The notes under the pieces were generated by a model, which worked only from the letters and a program-made list of their open reading frames with translations, had not been told where the DNA came from and did not search any database. The position numbers and the translations under genes are program-made. DNA of 64,000 nucleotides from Schmidtea nova (lineage: Eukaryota), in the NCBI GenBank assembly GCA_044892505.1, contig CM097882.1, positions 237,584,001 to 237,648,000 on the forward strand, written 5' to 3'. Below, piece after piece: positions 1 through 8,803 of this stretch (position 1 is the stretch's first letter; every line of letters starts with the position of its first letter).

Positions 1-1148
1 ATAGTTTCAGAAATATTACTAATTTCAGTAAGAAAATTAGTAACGCAATCAAGACCTAAGAAACTCTTGTAAATCTTTTCTCCAGTGAAATTATTTACAA
101 GTAAAAGACCGGCAGATATTGGGACATGTCTTTGAAAGTACTTATCATCAGTAGGTAAGATTGCCTCAAAATCGGCGTAAACAACAAAAGGTGGGGTAAT
201 TGTTTTGCCCCAATTACTAAATTGTAAATTTTTATTTCTAGGCAGAGTATAAAGAGTTGTGCCTAATTGATTTTTAGCACACAACTGTTGATGACAATCG
301 AATGCTTCCTGTTTTCGAAATCCATTCAAGCATCGATGACATCGAATACTTTGTACTCGAGTATCTGAAAAATGGTGATTGCGATAATTCAAAAGCCTAT
401 CTAGATCGGTGACTGCAATATAATGATATGCATCACCACTTTCCAACAAAATCAAGTTAATAGGAGTACCACCAACAACTTTCGACCTATGAATTATATC
501 GACACAAGGATGTTTAAAAACTTCTGGGTTTTCCAATGTATCAAGTAAAGCATCCTCATCATAAGAAAGAACGTTAATAGCAAGTCCAGGGTTTTTAGCC
601 TCAAATTTCGGGATGTTACAGAGTCTCATGGGCATGTCGGAAGGGTCAAAGACAAGATCAGAAAGATTATAATTACTAATTCTATATCTATGAAAACGAT
701 CAGTTACCTCACTATATTTCAAAATAGCTAAAATGCTATAAATGAAACACAAATCATAAGAATTTCTTACGTTTACCGTACAATATTTTAATTGTAAAGA
801 TTGAGGGGTTTCAATATGTCCCCGCCCACTTAATCGACTAATTTGAGCAAATTTTGTTAATACAAAATGTATTTCATTAATTTTGTTAATAACCCAATTA
901 CTCCCTTTATCGTTAATTAATGCTATTTTTTCATTTAAAAGAGTGATACCTTCATCAAAAAAGTTATCACTCATGGGTCTCGCAGAATTTGAAATGATAA
1001 ATGATTGAAATTCTCCATCTTTTTCAAACTCTACATCAATACAAAATTGTATTTTCACTGAACCCATCTCATTAATAACATTATTTAATTTATTAATTAA
1101 AATATCAGGTAAAATTAAAGTTTTCAAAACCAAGTGAGAAACATCCAT
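1..1148 (-). CDS. polB: Polinton/Maverick-type protein-primed DNA polymerase B, N-terminal half (C2HC zinc finger and Exo I motif). Open to the window edge.
   Basis: Manual minus-strand translation from ATG 1148 gives 382 codons without a stop to position 1, and the frame is open upstream to about 1214. Motifs: KGSNWVINKI; GRGHIETPQSLQLKYCTVNVRNSYDLCFIYSILAIL (the Polinton PolB GSSYIPLP..INIKN.DN.CF.WSILA block); INVLSY; HYIAVTDLDRLL; C-x2-C-x12-H-x3-C at 341-279; PFVVYADFEAIL (Exo I DxE) at 179-165. Confidence 0.9.
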   Translation of the reverse strand, partial: MDVSHLVLKTLILPDILINKLNNVINEMGSVKIQFCIDVEFEKDGEFQSFIISNSARPMSDNFFDEGITLLNEKIALINDKGSNWVINKINEIHFVLTKFAQISRLSGRGHIETPQSLQLKYCTVNVRNSYDLCFIYSILAILKYSEVTDRFHRYRISNYNLSDLVFDPSDMPMRLCNIPKFEAKNPGLAINVLSYDEDALLDTLENPEVFKHPCVDIIHRSKVVGGTPINLILLESGDAYHYIAVTDLDRLLNYRNHHFSDTRVQSIRCHRCLNGFRKQEAFDCHQQLCAKNQLGTTLYTLPRNKNLQFSNWGKTITPPFVVYADFEAILPTDDKYFQRHVPISAGLLLVNNFTGEKIYKSFLGLDCVTNFLTEISNISET

Positions 1149-1200
1149 TTTTACAACGGCGTGAGATTTTCTTAAATCAAATTTAACGTTAGGATTTTGG

Positions 1201-2040
1201 TTGACGGTTGAAAATCTTAAAAAACGACTCAATTTACGACTATGTAATTCAGCATCAAAACTGATTACATATACATCAAAACCTACTTTTAGAAAAACTT
1301 ATAGAATTGACGATGACCTAGTTTCTGTGTTGCTTAATAAGGACTCTGTATGTTTAGATAGACCCAGCTACATTGGTCAAACTGTACTGGATTTATCTAA
1401 ACTTAGGATGTACCAGCTGCAGTATGAAGAGTTACAAAAATATCGTAACGAATTCAACTGCGAAATTAACATCGTTGCTGGTGACACCGATTCATTTTTT
1501 CTTGAGATTAGAAATCGTAAGCTTGATATTCTTTTACCGGCCATGATAAGAGATAACTTACTTGACACTTCTAATTATGATCCGAATCACCCATTATACA
1601 GTAGGAACCTAGATTCCGTCATTGGTAAATTCAAAGACGAGAATAAAGGATTCAAGTATGATGAGTGGGTATTCCTTAGGCCAAAGTGTTACAGTCTTTT
1701 AGGTGATGAAGAGTGCATTAAGGCTAAGGGTATAACATTGAAGGATACTAAATTGAATCATCAGTCGTATCTGGATTGTTATAATAATAATTCAATAGTT
1801 TCTGTTGATCAGTCGAGAATAGTTAGTAAGAATCATCAACTCTTTACTAATAAATCTTCTAAGATTGCCTTGACTAATCTTGATGACAAAAGACTTTGGG
1901 TGGATAAAAATGAAAGTCTTGCATATGGACATTATAAGGGATGTGGCTCGTTTATAGACCAATCAAAAGATCAGGTTGGTGTTCCAGTTTCAGTTCCAGC
2001 TCTCAATTCAAATTATATATCCAATTCAGATTTGTATTGA
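1201..2040 (+). CDS. polB: Protein-primed DNA polymerase B, C-terminal polymerase half (from just after motif B to the stop)
   Basis: TVENLKKRLNLRL (follows K..N..FGK in Polinton PolB); DRPSYIGQTVLDLSKLRMY; motif C AGDTDS at 1477-1494; IGKFKDE; RPKCY (KxY); KAKG; KIALTNLDDKR; LAYGHY. AATAAA at 2040-2045 overlaps the stop codon. Confidence 0.92.
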   Translation: MTVENLKKRLNLRLCNSASKLITYTSKPTFRKTYRIDDDLVSVLLNKDSVCLDRPSYIGQTVLDLSKLRMYQLQYEELQKYRNEFNCEINIVAGDTDSFFLEIRNRKLDILLPAMIRDNLLDTSNYDPNHPLYSRNLDSVIGKFKDENKGFKYDEWVFLRPKCYSLLGDEECIKAKGITLKDTKLNHQSYLDCYNNNSIVSVDQSRIVSKNHQLFTNKSSKIALTNLDDKRLWVDKNESLAYGHYKGCGSFIDQSKDQVGVPVSVPALNSNYISNSDLY

Positions 2041-2545
2041 ATAAAACTTTGTTAAGAAATAATTGGTTTCATTGTATTTAGTTTTATATTTATTTAGACT
2101 ATTATGTTTAATTGTTTTTAAAAATTTTATGTGTTGTCCAGATTTGAATCGGTTTTATCGTTCAGGGTTTTCATTTTTTTTTAATGATATGTTTCAATCT
2201 TTTTATTTAATGTAAAAATAATTATTTCTGTTTACAAACATTAATAAATTCATCTGTTCTTGTAGTTGCAGTCTGTTGAATTGACTTTAAAATTTAGACT
2301 GTTCTCGCATTAATTCCATCTGTTTTCATAGTTAGCACACTCGACTTTCTAAGTTCTATTTTTACCAAAATTATATAATATATCCAAATTTATCAGTTAA
2401 AAAACAATTACTCGAAATTTTAGTCAGTTAATTAAAACAAAAATGTCATTCGATTAAGTAAAAACATGTTATCATGTGTGTTTCGGGTAATAATAATTGC
2501 GTTGTGTGTTTTGACATTACCAACAGTAGTCACGGAAGTTGCACA

Positions 2546-2865
2546 ATGTGTGTGTGTGTTTACCTTAACAATAGATACTTCAGGAATTATATATTGACAC
2601 GTATCTTAACCTTAGCAAAAGGTTACAAGTCGACTACACATTAATGTGTGTTTACCCTAGGAACTTCTTCCCCGGAGATTATATATTAATGTGTGTGTGT
2701 GTGTTTACCTTAGCAACATCTTTCCTGGAGACTATATATTAATGTGTGTGTTTACCCTAGCAACATCTTCCCCAAGATTATATATTGATGTGTGTGTTTA
2801 CCTTAGCAACATCTTTCCTGGAGACTATATATTAATGTGTGTGTTTACCCTAGCAACCGTTGCTA
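2546..2865. repeat. Subterminal tandem array: about 6 units of 45-53 bp in A/B alternation, ending in a 7-bp hairpin
   Basis: Unit ttaat(gt)n gtttacc(c/t)tagcaacatctt..gga(g)a(c/t)tatata. Units start near 2546, 2641, 2686, 2739, 2785 and 2832. Units 3 and 5 share accttagcaacatctttcctggagactatata. TAGCAAC-c-GTTGCTA lies at 2851-2865. Confidence 0.9.
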
Positions 2866-4525
2866 TGTGAAAAAAGTGGTACCGAGTCCTCACTATCCCC
2901 TACTCTATGAATACCAGAAACTGATATCATAGATGCTCGCATTATCCGCAATCATGCACCCGGAACTTCAGTTAAGGCATGTGTCAATACTTTTCATATT
3001 TAACAAGTTCTATACTTATTTCATGATGGAATTGAACTGTTCCACTGCAAGATTGGGTATTATCTAATAAAGTTGTTAAAGATATTCGTTCATTCAATTT
3101 CCACGTTAGCTCATCAAAGTTGTTGGCATGTTTGATCATTTCCACTACACTATCTATATTGTTTAATAAAATAACATCAAAACTATATTCGTTAATACTT
3201 TCAATACGTTTTACCAGTACTACTAGCAAAGAAAAATAATAATAATAATAAAAATATTATTATTCATATTCNNNNNNNNNNNNNNNNNNNNNNNNNNNNN
3301 NNNNNNNNNNNNNNNNNNNNNNNNNNNNNNNNNNNNNNNNNNNNNNNNNNNNNNNNNNNNNNNNNNNNNNNNNNNNNNNNNNNNNNNNNNNNNNNNNNNN
3401 NNNNNNNNNNNNNNNNNNNNNNNNNNNNNNNNNNNNNNNNNNNNNNNNNNNNNNNNNNNNNNNNNNNNNNNNNNNNNNNNNNNNNNNNNNNNNNNNNNNN
3501 NNNNNNNNNNNNNNNNNNNNNNNNNNNNNNNNNNNNNNNNNNNNNNNNNNNNNNNNNNNNNNNNNNNNNNNNNNNNNNNNNNNNNNNNNNNNNNNNNNNN
3601 NNNNNNNNNNNNNNNNNNNNNNNNNNNNNNNNNGTTGAATATATTTGGATCCCTTCAAATTCCAATATCAGTTATTAGGAATTTCAGGTTTTGTTTGATG
3701 TTTCTTTTGATGTTAGATGCGCTATTTTTAAATATAAAATGTCACTTTGTTTTCAACTCAAACATCATTATCTTTGATTAGTTTCTTCGATTTGGTTGTC
3801 TGATCAGTGTCGTATTTTTTGATTTATTGTCACACTTCCTAAACATACCCAATTTCAGTGGGATTATTGGGGCAAAATCTGTCATTTAGTTCAAAGCAAT
3901 CTTTAATTGACAAAAATTAAAATTTTGATCGGTCGTTTCATTATTTTGATTGATATTGCTTACAAACTGCCAGTTTAAATTTGTTCAGAAATACTTATTG
4001 CATTCGGTAAAATGTATGCAAATGAGCACAGAGAGGGTTTTTCTGGAATTAATTAATGCATTCTGTCATTTTATCGGCTATTTGAAAGGATTTTAGATGT
4101 GACAAACTTATCCAATTTTCATTTGAAATAAAAAAAGAAAAAAATTTCAAAATTAATTAATTTAATTAATTTTTATTGTTTAACGTAAACCAAGTTTTAT
4201 CAATGAAAAAAATTTATGAGCCGTTTTTAATGAAGTTCACAAATTTTACAGTTTAGTATAAATAATACCTGGTATGGGATACAGAAATTTCATTTGTAAA
4301 ATATTCTCTCAAAATTTTCCCTCGACACCAAATAACACAAAAATTCTAAAATAACTTTAAAATGTGTATTAAATCTTAACTGTATTTTTGCTGCACATGA
4401 TATAACTTTTTACATTTTAGGACAAAAACATATCAAACTCAAAGTTGAGAAGAATGCATATTCTTGCTTATTTGTATCTTCATAATATTTAACAAATATT
4501 ACAAAATGTTTTATAGAATTATTGC

Positions 4526-4784
4526 ATCAATAGTTTTCATAATTGTAAGACTAAAAAAGTCTTTTTTTGTGTTTTTTGGTTGTTAAGTACACAACATTTC
4601 AAGTGTGTATTTCATTTTGTGCGTTTCTTTTTAATATTCACACTCGATAAAGGCTGTGCCGAAATATTGTGTACTTCACAAGCAAAAAATCTCTAAAGAA
4701 AGTTTGATCTATAGTTATAAAATTATGAAAATTATTAATTTAGATGAAAAGAGATCAAATGTGAAACCAAAAGATAATTATGAT
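4526..4784. mobile_element. Palindromic foldback/MITE family, copy A (left arm degraded)
   Basis: Contains gataaaggctgtgccgaaatattgtg, tttgatctatag and the family end aaagataattatgat. Confidence 0.8.
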
Positions 4785-5378
4785 AGAATTAATTATGAAA
4801 AAAATATTAAATAAACTTAAGAATAAAAAAATTATTAAAAGTTAATGTGTTAAAATTCAAAGAAATAATAATTTGAAAAAATAGCTAAAAATATTTGGAT
4901 TTATTAGAGAGCATTTGCTAAAAATTACAATCATTCACATTTATTACAAAAAATATATATGATTTATATTTGAAATATACCATTTCCAAATTCAATCTAC
5001 TACAAGCATACAATCTTGCGCACTGCATGACATACACACATATGTATATAAACATGGTCATTATATGGATATTATGTATATCCAGATCTACGTGTAATTA
5101 TTTATCTACATCTATCAAATATAAAAAATATATTCACAACTATTTTTGACTATTATCTAAACAACCACAAAAATGTCAAATGAATTTCAAATAAAAATTG
5201 TCTCTTAATAGTTGATCCAAACTTTTTTTTTTTTTTTTAAATTCTAATTATATTAAAATTTATCGGTAAAACATGTTTCAAATTAATTTCTTAAACATAT
5301 TTAAAAAGGGTTTTAACAAGATTTTAAAATATTAAAATATATATTTTTGATTTTGGTAAAATTTTGAAAATATCATAC

Positions 5379-5717
5379 CCATTTAAACACTGGGCAGCAA
5401 CTACTGCTTCGTTGTAATTAATCATTTGAACGAATCCATAGCCGGAACAGGAATTTGTCACCATGTCTTTGGATAAAAATACGGATTGAACCGCTCCAAA
5501 CGGATTGAATAATTGCCAAATATTATCATCGGTTGTGTCGGGACTGAGATTGTCAACAAAGATGATCCAATTCCTGAAACCGTAGTCAGATATTGACGCC
5601 GTTGTCTGAGTTGTGCAAGGTATACATGTTAACGGAACCACGGGTGCCAATGTGCTTTGATTGAAAGATTCCAGTGCACTTAAAGGTAGAATTGGAAGTG
5701 ACGGATGAAATGTCGTA
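5379..5717 (-). CDS. elav-like: ELAV/Hu-family RNA-binding protein, exon encoding the end of the hinge and RRM3
   Basis: WIIFVDNLSPDTTDDNIWQLFNPFGAVQSV...GYGFVQMINYNEAVVAAQCLNG matches ELAV RRM3 (WCIFVYNL...LWQLFGPFGAVQSV...GFGFVTMTNYDEAVVAIQSLNG). Acceptor tttttttcaccaacag| precedes 5717 (phase 2). The likely donor is GG|gtatga after 5379. Confidence 0.88.
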
Positions 5718-7074
5718 CTGTTGGTGAAAAAAAATTGAGTCAATAACTTGAAATATATATATATTTAAAAAAAAAGTGTAATTTAAAATGTTTATTTTAA
5801 AATGAAAGTCATTTTCATTTTAATTAAAAATCGTAATTTATTATATTCCCTCTGCAAATCGAATGAAAAGGTCTAAGAATTCTCTATAATAAATCTAATA
5901 GCAAATAAACTATGAAGATAAATAATCAAAAACGAAATAAATTCGAAATGAAATTTAAATCAAAATTTAAAAATGTGATAAATAAGGGCAGAAAATGAAC
6001 AAATTAGACAAATTATAATTAAATTTTAGCAACAACTTTATTATATTCGACATCAATTTTGGATTTACAATTGAAATTATTTTATTTAAATTTTAATAAT
6101 CCTTTACTAAGCTCTTTGGAAATTAATAGCATAAAAATTAAAATATTTGTATAAAATATTTTATTTGTATAAAAATTTGTATTAAAATGAACAGCATGAA
6201 AACTAATTCCGTTTATCATTTTTTATTATAATTGCAAAATCTTTGACTAGTAGAATAATTTAGCAAAATTAGCAAAAACCTTGAGATGAAGATATTCTTA
6301 GTGTAAAAAAACATTAGTGACTAAAAATCTAAAGAAAATAAACTAGATTATTGTCCAAATTATAATTTCATAAGAGGATCAAACGACTTCCTTCAAGGAA
6401 AACCGGTGCAAACTAGTGCAAGTGATATGAAGAGTGTTTAAAAATATAACAACAAATTTAAAATTTAAAAAGATATTTCCTATGTAAACCTTCACAGATG
6501 TGATCTAAGATAAAATAATGCCAACAAAACCAAAAATCAATTTGAGAATGTATACATCATCCCCTCTCCTTTTAGCACTTTCATTTTCGCTGTTTTATTT
6601 GTTCACAATATCCTAAATCATTCTCACACTTTTCACTTCTCCACAAACATTTGTTAAAACAAGATAGATTTTTGTTGCAGAGAAATCATTTGACTCGGTA
6701 CATCAACGAAGAAATTGATGTTCTCAATTGCGACGTTCATTTTAGCTTTAAATGGCAAAATGAAGAAATCATAGTTTTTAGTCCACGTGAACAAATGTCG
6801 CTACTACAAAATAAACCTTTTCAAATTATGTTTAACATTAACGTTTTCCTCATGCAAGCTTTATTTAATTTATTTTTAAATTCGGCCCATAAATCTTATC
6901 TTCAAATTTTTTAAATCTTTTAAACCGTGGTGCATAGACGCTCCAGTTTGAGCTGCGCTGTTTTTTTGAACATCTTTTTATTATCAAAATCTCTAATAAC
7001 TTGTAACTTTGAATTGCGTTTTCTTAACAGAAATTCTAGAAATATATTTCCTTAGATACCCGTACCATGGACGA

Positions 7075-7486
7075 GACATTTCATTGACATTTCATTGACA
7101 TTTCATTGACATTTCATTGACATTTCATTGATATTTCATTGATATTTCAATGACATTTCATTGACATTTCATTGACATTTCATTGACATTTCATTGACAT
7201 TTCATTGACATTTCATTGACATTTCATTGACATTTCATTGACATTTCATTGACATTTCATTGACATTTCATTGACATTTCATTGACATTTCATTGACATT
7301 TCATTGACATTTCATTGACATTTCATTGACATTTCATTGACATTTCATTGATATTTCATTGACATTTTATTGACATTTCATTGACATTTCATTGACATTT
7401 CATTGACATTTCATTGACATTTCATTGACATTTCATTGACATTTCATTGACATTTCATTGACATTTCATTGACATTTCATTGACAT
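7075..7486. repeat. 11-bp minisatellite (GACATTTCATT)n, about 37 copies
   Basis: Directly visible and highly homogeneous, with a few GATATTTCATT variants. Confidence 0.97.
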
Positions 7487-8540
7487 CTTTCACATTTTAC
7501 AATTTGTACTACGATATTTCTTTCTTGAAATTATTCTGTAATTATCAAATGGTTTTTCGATCTTTACGGAATATTTTCCAATGTTAATGTCATTTGTTTC
7601 ATTTTTATTTCCAGACATGCAAGTTATCAAAATAATTTTTTAATCTTTTGGCTGGACATAAATGAAAATAAATCAAATCGAAAAATCAAATCAAAATTGA
7701 AAAAGATAAATGATTTCAATGGCAGTTTAATATGTAAAAATTCAATAAAATAACAATTTGTGACTATTTAACCAATTATTATTAAACAATTATTAATTAA
7801 TATAATATTTCTACACAAAAAAAACATAATTTCAATCAAATCATAAATAAATATTTGATATCGTAATTTTTCCATTAGTTTGTACAAGTCGACATTTGAT
7901 AATAATTAAGGTAAAGTCAACAAATTCAGATTGAATTATTTGTAAAAATATATTAATATTTGCAGAATAGATTGAACAGACTATTAATTTTATATAAAAT
8001 TTTCTGAATTATTTATTATAGAGATTATCTTTGGTAGGACAGAACAATCTCACGAACCAAACCTTCGTTATCCCTTTGTTGAGACACATACCTCTCAAGA
8101 CCCACAGATATTTGCTATTGGGTGTCGAAAACACTATATAATGTTTTACTAACCATTCCTTTTTATTTTTAAAAAGACCGATTTTATTTTAAAGTATCAC
8201 AGGACTAGGAGAATAATAAGGTTTTATTCTATTGGGAAAATAACAAATTTTTAAAATATTTAATAATATAAAATAATAAAAAAAAAATATTCACTAATGA
8301 TTAAATGTTTATATTTGGCGTAAACAATTAATTTTAACAATTATTTTAACATAGAGACTCTTTTCACGCGCTGCTTTAGCATTTTATTATTTCGATCACT
8401 TGAAATAACTTTAAAAGAATTGTGATAGTTTGTTTTTAGAATATTATTATAATTAGGAAATTATTTTCTTAAAGCAAAAATTTATAAAATCAAGATTTAT
8501 CTAAAATTAATTCAATAATTCATTATATCTTTAGTTTTTT

Positions 8541-8803
8541 ATCAATAATTTTCATAATTGTATTACTATAGATCAAAAGATTTTTTAATGTTTTTTGATT
8601 GTTAAGTTCACAATATTTCGCCACAGCCTTTATCAAGTGTGTATTTACAAGTGTGTATTTACACATTTGATAAATGCTGTGTCGAAATATTGTGAACATA
8701 ACAACCAAAAACCTCAAAAAAAATTTGATCTATAGTCATACAATTATGAAAATTATTGATATAAAAAAAGAAATCAAACGTGAAACCAAAGGATAATTAT
8801 GAT
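8541..8803. mobile_element. Palindromic foldback/MITE family, copy B
   Basis: Nested inverted arms atcaataattttcataattg/caattatgaaaattattgat, ctatagatcaaa/tttgatctatag and cacaatatttcg..cagcctttatcaa/ttgataaatgctgtgtcgaaatattgtg. Confidence 0.85.

Larger units (their letters stand above)
1..2906. mobile_element. Right-hand portion of a Polinton/Maverick (adintovirus-like) element with an internal inversion
   Basis: pPolB halves, a subterminal tandem array (2546-2865) and an end reading 5'-AG(AG)TAGGGGATAGTG inward from 2904/2906. Polinton termini typically begin with AG. The partner terminal repeat, integrase and capsid genes are not in the window. Confidence 0.7.

Noticed and set aside
1377-1568. 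63-aa minus-strand ORF
   Set aside because: Antisense shadow of the polB C-terminal ORF with no recognisable motif.
2546-2865. Repeat array next to a polymerase as a CRISPR-like array
   Set aside because: The units are contiguous tandem copies without unique spacers, there are no cas genes, and the context is eukaryotic.
2984-3229. 81-aa minus-strand ORF as the last elav exon
   Set aside because: No LQVSFK-like RRM3 beta-4 sequence and no recognisable family. The elav terminal exon is left unresolved and may lie in the 3272-3633 gap.
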